DNA of 64,000 nt from an uncultured Oscillospiraceae bacterium (GTDB taxonomy: Bacteria > Bacillota > Clostridia > Saccharofermentanales > UBA5734). The notes under the pieces are model-generated. The model was not told where the DNA came from, did no database searches, and saw only the letters and a program-made list of their open reading frames with translations. Positions 10,817-19,793 of this stretch are shown here, one piece after another (within the stretch, counting starts at the first letter, position 1; each line of letters starts with the position of its first letter). The stretch spans positions 35,590-99,589 of the forward strand of contig CAYVHB010000002.1 in NCBI GenBank assembly GCA_964450865.1, written 5' to 3'. A program made the position numbers and the translations under genes.

Positions 10817-10956
10817 CTTTCCCGGATTTATGTTTAGCAAGAATAAATCTGTTTCCGTGTTTTTTTCTGGAATTGCAGATTAACTTGCCTTGTTGAATCT
10901 GGCAAAATAGTTGGACAACCCAATCAGGCCATGAAAACCGTTCAGGGGGAACCAGC

Positions 10957-11874
10957 ATGGACCAGATCCAACCAGCTATTCATCATTCCAGACAATCAGA
11001 CAAATCGACTGCATCGGAGCCGCCAGACAGCGGGACCGGCTCATCGGAGCCGGCGGCCGTCCAGGCCAGGCTGTCAGCCGCCAGGTATCAGGATGGTAAA
11101 ACCGGGGCTGCCGATTCCAGCAAGACATATCATTACAACAGTGAAAATCGCAATGGGAAGCGTTCGGCCACCGCATCACAGACAGTGCGGCGACCGGCCA
11201 CATCAGACAAGCGCACGGGGCCGGGCCCCGACAGCCCGGCCCCGGCCCTCGCCGGCGATCGATCCGGTTTTTACGTTGTGGCTTCTGACCATGACCTCTT
11301 ATACCAGGTCAGCAAACTGCTGCACCGTCAGGGTTACTTTGGCCTGATGGATACGGCCGGCCGGGTTAATTACGTCATCGATGGCCGGCGTGGGCCGCCA
11401 CTGGCAGCACGACGCATTCTGGAAACGACTCAGCGGATATTGCGGGACCGGGTCCTCGATGGTGATGACCTCCAGCCTCTGCGCCAGCTGGCGATTGACC
11501 AGGTACTCAGCCAGTACCAGATTCCCGCCCAGCTGAAGGGCTGCCGCTATCTGCGCTATATCCTGCAGCTGGCTGCCGGCAACGATTCACAATTGCGCCC
11601 TGTCAGCAAAACATTATATCCGGCAGCCGCCGAATATTTTAAAGTCAGCATTCAACAAATTGAGCGCGATATTCGTTACGCCCTAAGCCAGCGCACAGAC
11701 CAGAGTCAGTATCTGACCAATACAGCCGCCATATGCCGGTTCAGTGATGATGTCCTGGCCCTCATTGATGCCTGGAACAACAAAGCAAAACCCTCTGCCA
11801 TCGCGGAATGCGATACAGAGGGCTATCTGCAAAACCAAAATCGCTGGACTGGACCTGGCCAGGGAACTGGCTGA
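10957..11874 (+). CDS. Spo0A C-terminal (DNA-binding) domain protein lacking a receiver domain
   Basis: 305 aa. The C-terminal IPAQLKGCRYLRYILQLAAGNDSQLRPVSKTLYPAAAEYFKVSIQQIERDIRYAL matches the Spo0A_C signature (..GIPAHIKGY.YLR.AI......TK.LYP.IA..F.TT...VERAIRHAI). The first ~100 aa are low-complexity and no D-box receiver is present. Confidence 0.75.
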   Translation: MDQIQPAIHHSRQSDKSTASEPPDSGTGSSEPAAVQARLSAARYQDGKTGAADSSKTYHYNSENRNGKRSATASQTVRRPATSDKRTGPGPDSPAPALAGDRSGFYVVASDHDLLYQVSKLLHRQGYFGLMDTAGRVNYVIDGRRGPPLAARRILETTQRILRDRVLDGDDLQPLRQLAIDQVLSQYQIPAQLKGCRYLRYILQLAAGNDSQLRPVSKTLYPAAAEYFKVSIQQIERDIRYALSQRTDQSQYLTNTAAICRFSDDVLALIDAWNNKAKPSAIAECDTEGYLQNQNRWTGPGQGTG

Positions 11875-11993
11875 TGGATGGCATCCGAGCGACGGAGCCT
11901 GAGTGGCAGCGCTAGACCGACCTTATCAGGGCAACAGGTTGCGGCCGATGGTCCCGGCTCGATGATGCCTGACCGATGACACCGGGATCAGGC

Positions 11994-12269
11994 TCAGCTG
12001 TCGACCTTGTCCTTCAGGCCTTTGCCGGCCCGGAAAACAGGCGCCTTGGATGCCGGAATCTTAATCTCTTCCTTGGTGCTGGGATTGCGGCCTTTACGGG
12101 CGGCCCGCTTGCGTACCTCGAACGTACCAAAACCGACCAGTACGACCTTTTCATCACGGGCCAGGGCATCAGTAATGGTATCCAGCACAGCAGCCAGGGC
12201 ACCCTCGCTGTCTTTTTTGCTCAGTTTGGTCGCTTTGGCAACAGCATCAACCAGATCCATCTTGTTCAT
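11994..12269 (-). CDS. hup: HU family DNA-binding protein
   Basis: 91 aa. [14 protein letters not shown]...[43 protein letters not shown] is canonical HU. AAGGAGG lies upstream. Confidence 0.97.
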   Translation of the reverse strand: MNKMDLVDAVAKATKLSKKDSEGALAAVLDTITDALARDEKVVLVGFGTFEVRKRAARKGRNPSTKEEIKIPASKAPVFRAGKGLKDKVDS

Positions 12270-12580
12270 CGGCAGATCCTCCTTGAGGTGTATTTTCTCA
12301 TGGCTTATTATGAACCGAATCTGAAAGTAGTGTCAATACTATATCATCAAATCCTGTTCGCGACGCTGTCCGGGGCATTGACTCCTGATGGCAATTACCA
12401 GCGCAGGTCAGGCCGTTGAACGGCCGGCGGAGAACTCTTTTTGATCAACCGGCCGTAAATGACCGGACAGGTTTCGCAGGTGGCACTATCTCGCCAAAAG
12501 ATGCAATCCCGTTGTATAATAAGCGCAGCTATTCTGATTGTAGATGCTTCGGGGCCCAGACGGCCGGAAAGAGGTAGCCC

Positions 12581-13423
12581 TTGCGGGAAATTCACGTTGC
12601 TCAAGTAACCCGGGCAGTTGCCGAACTTTGTCAGACTGCCAATATTGAATTAAGTCCGGATATTGCCCAGGCCCTGGCTGCAGCCCGCCAGCTCGAGCCC
12701 TCACCGACCGGACAGGCGATCCTGGATGAGCTGCTGGAAAATGCTGCCCTGGCCCGCGAACAGCGGCTGGCCATCTGCCAGGATACCGGGATGGCTATCA
12801 TTTTTGTTACGATTGGCCAGGATGTTCACCTGATTGGCGGCAGCCTGGCCGGGGCTATCCAGGCCGGTGTGGCTCAAGGCTACACAGAAGGCTACTTGCG
12901 CGCTTCGGTCGTCCGTGATCCCCTGATGCGCGAAAATACCGGCGACAACACACCGGCGATCATTCATTATGACCTGGTTGAAGGGGATCAGCTGGAGATT
13001 ACGGTTGCCCCCAAAGGCTTCGGCAGTGAAAACATGAGTGCCGTGCGCATGTTCAGTCCATCAGCCGGACTGGCCGGCGTCCGGCAGTTTATCCTTGATA
13101 CAGTTCAGGCCGCTGGCCCCAATCCCTGTCCGCCGATTATTATCGGTGTTGGCCTCGGCGGTTCCCTGGAGAAAGCAACCCTGCTTGCCAAACAGGCTTT
13201 ACTGCGTCCGGTCGGCAGTCCGAATCCGCAACCGCACCTGGCCAGCCTTGAACAGGAATTGCTGATTGCCATCAACAACCTGGGTATTGGCCCGGCCGGT
13301 CTTGGTGGCCGGACAACCGCCCTCGCCATTCACATCTCAGCTTACCCGACCCATATTGCCGGCCTGCCGGTAGCAGTCAACATGAGCTGCCATGCCACCC
13401 GCCATGCTACCGCCGTCTTATAA
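12581..13423 (+). CDS. class I (Fe-S) fumarate hydratase / hydro-lyase, alpha subunit
   Basis: 280 aa with a TTG start after GAAAGAGG. It has the [11 protein letters not shown] motif and the overall tartrate/fumarate hydro-lyase alpha pattern. Confidence 0.9.
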   Translation: MREIHVAQVTRAVAELCQTANIELSPDIAQALAAARQLEPSPTGQAILDELLENAALAREQRLAICQDTGMAIIFVTIGQDVHLIGGSLAGAIQAGVAQGYTEGYLRASVVRDPLMRENTGDNTPAIIHYDLVEGDQLEITVAPKGFGSENMSAVRMFSPSAGLAGVRQFILDTVQAAGPNPCPPIIIGVGLGGSLEKATLLAKQALLRPVGSPNPQPHLASLEQELLIAINNLGIGPAGLGGRTTALAIHISAYPTHIAGLPVAVNMSCHATRHATAVL

Positions 13424-13452
13424 AGCCCGTCCATCCGGAGGTATCCGATCTC

Positions 13453-14055
13453 ATGAATCAGACAAACCCCACGAACAGAGTCGCGCTGACTTTGCCTTTA
13501 AGTCCGGAACAGATTCACAAGCTGCAGGCTGGCGATTTGCTGTCACTGACTGGCCCTTTGTATACCGCCAGGGACGCAGCACACAAACGACTGATTGAAG
13601 CCCTCGACCGGGGCCTGCCGCTGCCAATTCCCCTGCAAGGCCAGACCATCTATTATGTCGGACCTTGTCCAGGGCGGCCCGGTCAGGCGGTCGGTTCGGC
13701 CGGTCCCACAACGAGCGGCCGCATGGATGCCTATGCACCGCGCCTGATTGCGCTTGGCCTGCGGGTCATGATCGGCAAAGGCGCCCGCCAGCCAGCCGTC
13801 ATTGCTGCGATGCGCCAGCATGGGGCTGTATACCTGGGGGCGACCGGCGGAGCCGGGGCCCTGCTGGCGCAGCGGATCAAGGCTGCGGAGATTGTCGCTT
13901 ATCCGGAGCTCGGTGCAGAAGCGATTCGCCGTTTGTGGGTGGAAGATTTCCCGGTTGTGGTCCTGATTGACAGCCTGGGCGGCAATCTCTACGAGAGCGG
14001 CCCGCAGCACTGGCAGGTCCATGAAACAAGCGCGCAAATGATGTTGTGCCTGTAG
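13453..14055 (+). CDS. class I fumarate hydratase / hydro-lyase, beta subunit
   Basis: 200 aa. Motifs are YTARDAAHKRL and GPTTSGRMD. It lies directly downstream of the alpha subunit. Confidence 0.9.
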   Translation: MNQTNPTNRVALTLPLSPEQIHKLQAGDLLSLTGPLYTARDAAHKRLIEALDRGLPLPIPLQGQTIYYVGPCPGRPGQAVGSAGPTTSGRMDAYAPRLIALGLRVMIGKGARQPAVIAAMRQHGAVYLGATGGAGALLAQRIKAAEIVAYPELGAEAIRRLWVEDFPVVVLIDSLGGNLYESGPQHWQVHETSAQMMLCL

Positions 14056-14125
14056 CAGAAATGGTGTAAAATACCAGATGAAATGCACGGCCAGTTTATT
14101 TTTGGCCAATCTGGAGGAATTATTC

Positions 14126-14347
14126 ATGGTTATTACGAAAGATATGATTATTTCCGATGTCCTGAGCCTGGATCAGGGCACGGTACCGATTTTTTTCAAG
14201 AATGGACTGCACTGCCTGGGCTGTGTCATGGCTTCCGGTGAAACAATCGAGGAAGCTTGCATGGTTCATGGGATCAATTGCGACAACCTGATTTTTGAGC
14301 TCAACAGCTATTTTGAAGTCCGTAATCTGCCGTCGGTCGATCTGTAA
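14126..14347 (+). CDS. DUF1858-domain protein (hybrid-cluster-protein-associated redox disulfide domain)
   Basis: ORF trimmed to ATG 14126, with GGAGG 7 nt upstream. The sequence ITKDMIISDVLSLDQGTVPIFFKNGLHCLGCVMASGETIEEAC is the DUF1858 pattern. Confidence 0.8.
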   Translation: MVITKDMIISDVLSLDQGTVPIFFKNGLHCLGCVMASGETIEEACMVHGINCDNLIFELNSYFEVRNLPSVDL

Positions 14348-14400
14348 TATGTCCATCTCCGCCAGCACGTTTTTGGCTGCTGGTGCCCTCAACGAACTGG

Positions 14401-14435
14401 CGCGTGCCAGCCTCCCGGCTGGCCGCGTTTTTTTC
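14401..14435 (+). terminator. intrinsic terminator after the fumarase/DUF1858 operon
   Basis: The hairpin GCGTGCCAGCC-tccc-GGCTGGCCGC is followed by TTTTTTT. Confidence 0.8.
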
Positions 14436-14459
14436 TCGTACTGAAAGGCGGCGCGCATC

Positions 14460-15677
14460 ATGCCTGTAAAGAGCAGCCAACGACAGACCGGCAATCAGAA
14501 GCAGCCAACCAGCTCCTGGCAACCGTCCAGCCCGCACCAACAGACCGGCAGCCGGCCGTCGCCGGCCAGCCCCTGGCAGGACGAATCAGCCGCGATGGAT
14601 ACGGCGCGCGCCAGTTCGAAGGCCGGGCCGCAGATGCAGGCCAGGCATCGCACCGTCCTGCAACATTCCGGCTTGCTGACTGGCATCCTGCTGTTCATCC
14701 TGCTGCTCCTGATTGGTGTAGTTGGATACATCTATTTACTGCATCTGAACCTGATTGATGCTTTGTACATGACAGTTATCACGGTCTCCACGGTCGGATA
14801 TCGTGAAGTGACGACCATGAACACTGCCGCCAAGCTGTTTTCAATTTTCATGATCCTCGGCGGGCTGGCCTTTGTCGGCTACACATTTACCAGCCTGGTG
14901 ACTTTTCTGACCGAGGGGAAATTACGCCAGGCCTGGCGGGAGAGAAAAATGAACAACAAGATCGCTGCCCTGGAAAAACATTATATTGTCTGTGGCGCCG
15001 GGGAAACTGGCCAGAATGTCATCGCCCAGCTGCATGCCGGCGGGGTGCCGTTTGTTGTCATCGATTTCCGTGAAGAAAAAGTCCGTGAGCTGCATGAACG
15101 GGGCATCCTGGCGATTTTCGGGGACCCGACCCATGAATCCTTGCTCGAGCAGGCCGGGATCCGGCGTGCCGAGGGGCTGATCAGCGCCCTGCCCTCCGAT
15201 ACCGAAAACGTCTTTACCGTCCTGACTGCCCGGTATCTGAACAAGGATCTCTACATTATTTCCCGGGCCATTGAAGTCCACGCCCGCGAGAAACTGACCA
15301 TGGCCGGTGCCGACCGGACTATCTCACCGAACGAAATTGGCGGCCGGCGCATGGCGGCGATGGTCCTGCGGCCCTCGATTTTCTCCTTCCTTGATATCGT
15401 CACATATGCCGGTGACGATATCCTGAACCTGGAAGAAGTGATCCTGAACAGTGACTCGCCCCTGGTGAACAGGAAGCTGAAAGATGCCCACATTCCCCAG
15501 GAAACCGGCCTGCTGGTCCTGGCGATCAAGAAATTCAAGTCATCAGCCATGGTTTTCAATCCCAGTGCGGAGGAACTGCTGGAATGCGGGGATTCTCTGA
15601 TTGTGCTGGGTGATATCGACAAGGTCAACGAGCTCAAGCACATGGCCAGGGACGAAGGCGCCCGGATCCACATCTGA
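14460..15677 (+). CDS. two-TM potassium-channel-family protein with RCK (TrkA-N/TrkA-C) domains; atypical filter
   Basis: 405 aa. A ~60-aa low-complexity N-terminus is followed by TM-pore-TM with TVSTVGYRE. After that come YIVCGAGETGQNV (a Rossmann-type RCK) and a TrkA-C-like end. The exact start is uncertain. Confidence 0.85.
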   Translation: MPVKSSQRQTGNQKQPTSSWQPSSPHQQTGSRPSPASPWQDESAAMDTARASSKAGPQMQARHRTVLQHSGLLTGILLFILLLLIGVVGYIYLLHLNLIDALYMTVITVSTVGYREVTTMNTAAKLFSIFMILGGLAFVGYTFTSLVTFLTEGKLRQAWRERKMNNKIAALEKHYIVCGAGETGQNVIAQLHAGGVPFVVIDFREEKVRELHERGILAIFGDPTHESLLEQAGIRRAEGLISALPSDTENVFTVLTARYLNKDLYIISRAIEVHAREKLTMAGADRTISPNEIGGRRMAAMVLRPSIFSFLDIVTYAGDDILNLEEVILNSDSPLVNRKLKDAHIPQETGLLVLAIKKFKSSAMVFNPSAEELLECGDSLIVLGDIDKVNELKHMARDEGARIHI

Positions 15678-15837
15678 ACCGTGCCAACGAGTCCGCGCGG
15701 CTATTCAGCGCACCCCATATATGCGTGCCGTTTGCGCAGCCAATCGGCGCACCCGGACTAGTCCGCGCGTCATGCCTGCGCAGCCAGCCGGCACGTCATA
15801 TAAATCTGATTGAATCGGAAACCCGGATCTGGCCGGC

Positions 15838-17892
15838 TTAATCGGGGACAACCGCATACCGGGCCGGCGGCAGGTATTGCTGCCCCCACAGCTGGTCATA
15901 CTGGAGTGTTTCATAGGCTGCCAGCACCTGTTCCGGGGTCATTTGCAGGCTGGCCAGCGCCTGCACGGCTGCAGGGTTCGGCGTGCTGCTGTGCCTCGCT
16001 GTCAGGACCGGGAAGATCCGCTGCACATTTTCCACAAACTGGTCGTATGGACTGAGCGGCAGACCGGCACTGCGCAACAGCGCCGGTTTCAACCCATTGA
16101 AGGTAACCGGCTCTTTAAACCGCAGCTGGCTGGCAGTTTCCAGGCTGGTCTGGGCTGCCGGATTGCGCCAGTACATCAGCGGCAGCTGATACATGGCCTG
16201 ATCCATGACATCGGCGGCCAGTCCGGAATGAATGAGAATATCCGTCCCGGAGTTTTCACCGATCGAAGGTAAATGATCGCCAAAGGTCAGGATGATGACC
16301 GGCCGGTCAAGCGTCGCACAGTAATCCTTCAAAGCCTGATACATATGTCCGGCATCGATCACTCCCTGTGTATAGCTGGCGACTGCTGTCCTGTCGGCTG
16401 AGTTCAGGCCAAGGCTTTCATCATAGGTAATCTGCAAGGCCGGGTCATAATCTTGCGGCTGATAGCGGTCAGTGGCATAAGGACCGTGATTTTGCATGGT
16501 CAGCACATAAAGCAGCTGCGGGCCGCTGTTTTGTTCAAGCTGGCTGATGACACGCGGGGCCAGATCCTCGTCGGCCATATACCAGCCCTTGATCCGCGGA
16601 TTCGCCATGTCTTCCAGGCTGATAAAACGGTCAAAACCCAGGTCAGGCACAACGGTCGTCCGCCGGTAAAAGGCGCCACCGTAACTGTGATAAGCCGTGG
16701 CCTGATAACCGGCCTGATGCAAATAGCTGGCCAGGGATGGTACCGGCCGGTCGATACTCAGATAGGGACAGGCTGAATCATACATGAAGTGCATGGAATT
16801 GCCCGTCAGAAATTCAAATTCCGTGTTGGCGGTCAGGCCGCCAAAGCAGCTGGACACCATTTCACCCGCGTAATCAGCGCGAAACGGTCCAAATGGATCC
16901 TGTGCAAAACTGACGCCTTTCACGCGGGTGATATCCCACAGCGCCTCAACAGCCAGGACTATGATGGTCGGCTTTTCACTGGCTGCCTGGCCACCGTTGA
17001 TAGCTGCCTGGCCGGCTCCGGATTGCTGGCCGGCTCTGTCTGGCTGGTCTGCCGGCGATGACGGACTGCCAACCGCTGCCTGGATCTGGGCCGTGCCGGC
17101 GTTTAGACGCTGCAGCACATCATCGGCCGCGGCCACACTTTCCGGTGAATAATCAGCTGGCCGGGGCTGGTCAGCCAGCGAAATCGGGATGTGGCCAAAA
17201 AACGCCAGCAGCAAGCCGTGGGTTCGTACATTACCGTCGAAGTCCTGGCTGGAAAATGCCGGCAGGTGCAGTATCTGGCGGCTGACCGGACTGTTCCCCC
17301 AACTATTGTAGAAAACAAAGCTGCCAGTCGCAAGCAGCGAGACCACCAGCAGGATAAGCCGGGCCGGCCAGCGCAGCCTCGGCCGCCATTTCAGGCGCCA
17401 GAAGACGAATAAGCCGAGACCCAGCAGCAGGGCGATTGGCAGGAAAACAGGCAGCCGGGCATAATGGACTATCAGTTCGGCAAAACGGGAGGCGTCACTG
17501 CTTTTAAAAAGATCGGAAAATACAAAATGGGTCAGGGCCATTGACCATTTGATATGATCGACCGTAGCCATGACATAGCTGACAAACATCAGCATCGCAT
17601 AGCTGATGAAGAAACGATTGGTCAGGGCGAGCAGGATGCCATACAGGCCAATACCCAGCAGATAATTCAGGAGAGCCGGCAGCGGATGATGCAGCAGCCA
17701 GCTGAAAGCCTGATCGAGGCCGCCGGTCTGTACAGTCTGGGCCATCAGCAGGACGAGAAGAGGTACAATGAGCATCACGCTGAGTGTCTGATATCGGAAT
17801 GAGACTGGCGCCGCGCGGCCGGAGCCGGCGCTGGCTTGTCCCTGGGGCTTGCGTTTTATCATGGATTCAATCACCTTTTTCAATGTCATCAC
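15838..17892 (-). CDS. LTA synthase family protein (membrane-anchored sulfatase / phosphoglycerol transferase)
   Basis: 684 aa, with an N-terminal 5-TM block and then an extracytoplasmic sulfatase-type domain (PTIIVLAVEALWD...YHSYGGAFYRR...). The alternative start ATG 17862 has the better RBS (AAAGGTGA). Confidence 0.85.
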   Translation of the reverse strand: MMTLKKVIESMIKRKPQGQASAGSGRAAPVSFRYQTLSVMLIVPLLVLLMAQTVQTGGLDQAFSWLLHHPLPALLNYLLGIGLYGILLALTNRFFISYAMLMFVSYVMATVDHIKWSMALTHFVFSDLFKSSDASRFAELIVHYARLPVFLPIALLLGLGLFVFWRLKWRPRLRWPARLILLVVSLLATGSFVFYNSWGNSPVSRQILHLPAFSSQDFDGNVRTHGLLLAFFGHIPISLADQPRPADYSPESVAAADDVLQRLNAGTAQIQAAVGSPSSPADQPDRAGQQSGAGQAAINGGQAASEKPTIIVLAVEALWDITRVKGVSFAQDPFGPFRADYAGEMVSSCFGGLTANTEFEFLTGNSMHFMYDSACPYLSIDRPVPSLASYLHQAGYQATAYHSYGGAFYRRTTVVPDLGFDRFISLEDMANPRIKGWYMADEDLAPRVISQLEQNSGPQLLYVLTMQNHGPYATDRYQPQDYDPALQITYDESLGLNSADRTAVASYTQGVIDAGHMYQALKDYCATLDRPVIILTFGDHLPSIGENSGTDILIHSGLAADVMDQAMYQLPLMYWRNPAAQTSLETASQLRFKEPVTFNGLKPALLRSAGLPLSPYDQFVENVQRIFPVLTARHSSTPNPAAVQALASLQMTPEQVLAAYETLQYDQLWGQQYLPPARYAVVPD

Positions 17893-17913
17893 GATTTATG
17901 CGGTATGACCCAC

Positions 17914-17951
17914 GGCCTGGCCTGTGGCCTGGCCTGGCCTGTGGCCTGGCC
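17914..17951. repeat. perfect 17-bp tandem duplication GGCCTGGCCTGTGGCCT x2 (+4 nt)
   Basis: Read directly: 17914-17930 equals 17931-17947, followed by GGCC. It lies just upstream of the LTA-synthase start. Confidence 0.95.
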
Positions 17952-18056
17952 CGCGGTTTTGCTTGTGGTATTTTCCCTCGCCTTATTTTGCGGTCGATTT
18001 TTCAAGCTGTCAATCAAAATTGCATGAATAAAAGACTAGTTCTGTTCTGTTTGCAT

Positions 18057-18087
18057 CGAAAAAGACCGCTGTTTTGATACAGCGGTC
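18057..18087 (-). terminator. intrinsic terminator downstream of the nitroreductase gene
   Basis: On the minus strand, GACCGCTGT-atcaaa-ACAGCGGTC is followed by TTTTTCG. Confidence 0.75.
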
Positions 18088-18208
18088 CGTATAGATCCAG
18101 AACATTCTGATGCCATCCAGGCAATCCATGCCTCGTCAATGAACCGATTCAGTATTGCCAGGGCCGGTATTGTTGGCCGATCGGGGCGGGGCCAGCACTG
18201 CCTGCCGA

Positions 18209-18808
18209 TCAGGCCAGGACCAGCACCCGTTCGGAGACCGGCAGGAAAGATTTCTCCTGCGGATCGGCAACGGGCTTGCCAAAGGGCATTTGAGCGTCCA
18301 GCTTCCAGTCAGCTGGAAGCTGCCATTCGGCTTTGACGGCGTCTTCGATCAGTTCCGTATAGTGCTGCAACGAGGCGCCGAGACCCTCCAGAGACAATGC
18401 GGCCCAGATGCTGTGCTGGAGCATGCCATTGGCTTGCAGCGACCATACCGGGAAATTGTCCGCATACAGCGGGAATTGCGACTGCAAGGACCGCACAGGG
18501 GCCATGTCCTCAAAATAGAGAATAGTGCCATAGCCAGCTGAGAAAGAATCAATTTTGGCATTGGTGCTGGCAAACTGGTCGGCCGGTACGACGGCTCGCA
18601 GCGCGTCCTTTGTGATCTGCCAGAAGCGGTCATGCTTGTCACCCAGCAAGACAACCACCCGGCTGTTCTGTGAGTTGAAGGCTGACGGCGTATGCATGAC
18701 GGTATACTCGACAATCTGGATAATCCGTTCATCCGAAATGGGTGATTCATTGCTGATGGCGTAAACAGAACGCCGTTGTTTTAAAGCCCGATAAAAATCA
18801 TTGGTCAT
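18209..18808 (-). CDS. nitroreductase family protein
   Basis: 199 aa. The sequence ALKQRRSVYAISNESPISDERIIQIVEYTVMHTPSAFNSQNSRVVVL is the NfsB/FRase-fold pattern. It is divergent from an HxlR regulator, a common pairing. Confidence 0.9.
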   Translation of the reverse strand: MTNDFYRALKQRRSVYAISNESPISDERIIQIVEYTVMHTPSAFNSQNSRVVVLLGDKHDRFWQITKDALRAVVPADQFASTNAKIDSFSAGYGTILYFEDMAPVRSLQSQFPLYADNFPVWSLQANGMLQHSIWAALSLEGLGASLQHYTELIEDAVKAEWQLPADWKLDAQMPFGKPVADPQEKSFLPVSERVLVLA

Positions 18809-19027
18809 GACAGGAATCCTCCCGGGGAAATTATTCTGAATGGTGTGACTGTATGCAGCGGCAGTTTAAATATGATATGTTTAATATAATAATGGCATAT
18901 TTCATAAAAAACCAGTACATACCTGAAAGTGCAATACTATGTTAAAGGAAAGCAGCACTTATGTTACAGAATCGTCAATTTATGAGAATAGCTTTAGAGA
19001 TTTGAGAATCATTGATTGGAGAGCGTT

Positions 19028-19567
19028 ATGATAAGGCCACTTGCCAGACCAGCATCCGTTACGGCTGACTTGACCAACCCCACCGTCGGCGAGCCAGCAG
19101 CAACCGGCCAATCCAGGTCAGACCGGGCAACAGTCAGTTCCAGACCCGCCGGGCCGGACGATAGCAGTACCCGTGCGGGCCAGATGCTGCCGGCCAGTTC
19201 CAGACCCGCCGGGCCGGGTGTAGACGAAGCGCCTGTCTGCCCGATTCAGTCAGTTGTGAAGATAATAGGCGGGAAATGGAAGCTCGTGATTATCTGGCAT
19301 CTGGCCGGGGCCGGTGTCATCCGCTATGGTGAGCTGAAGAAAAGCATTGCCGGGATTACCCACAAGATGCTTAGCCAGGAGCTTAAAGAACTTGAGGCCC
19401 TTGGTCTGGTTCACCGTCGCGAATATCACCAGATTCCACCGAAAGTTGAGTATTCACTGGCTGAAAAAGGTTATTCACTGCTGCCAATTCTGGATCGGCT
19501 TCAAGACTGGGTTCGCGATAATCTGGATCAGGCGACTGGACCAGGCAACGATGCACAGACAAAATGA
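19028..19567 (+). CDS. HxlR-family transcriptional regulator with ~75-aa low-complexity N-terminal extension
   Basis: ATG 19028 follows TGGAGAG, and the ORF-track TTG 19016 is an alternative start. The core is CPIQSVVKIIGGKWKLVIIWHL...YGELKKSIAGITHKMLSQELKELEALGLVHRREY..PPKVEYSLAEKG. Confidence 0.88.
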   Translation: MIRPLARPASVTADLTNPTVGEPAATGQSRSDRATVSSRPAGPDDSSTRAGQMLPASSRPAGPGVDEAPVCPIQSVVKIIGGKWKLVIIWHLAGAGVIRYGELKKSIAGITHKMLSQELKELEALGLVHRREYHQIPPKVEYSLAEKGYSLLPILDRLQDWVRDNLDQATGPGNDAQTK

Positions 19568-19685
19568 GCATGTCATGATCGTAATCGTGTATTTTAACGG
19601 CCTGATTGAGCCTGATATGGCAGTAATTTAGTTAAAATATGGTTGGATGAGTGGATGATTGCAAGCGTTTTCGTGAATTTCATCG

Positions 19686-19713
19686 TTGCTTTATCAGGGA
19701 AATAAATTATAAT
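19686..19713 (+). promoter_or_regulatory. putative sigma-A promoter of the hydrogenase gene
   Basis: TTGCTT (19686-19691), 16 nt, TATAAT (19708-19713), in an AT-rich intergenic region ~80 nt upstream of the start. Confidence 0.45.
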
Positions 19714-19793
19714 GAAAATGATTGTATCTGTGCAAAAGACCTGAATAGCTGGTGTTGTTTTGTACATTTAGCTTAAGGAATGTGAGGGGTAAC

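Noticed and set aside
10931-11347. 138-aa ORF in a different frame overlapping the 5' part of the Spo0A-C protein gene.
   Set aside because: It is extremely R/P-rich with no RBS. The other frame (10957..11874) continues into a recognisable Spo0A_C domain.
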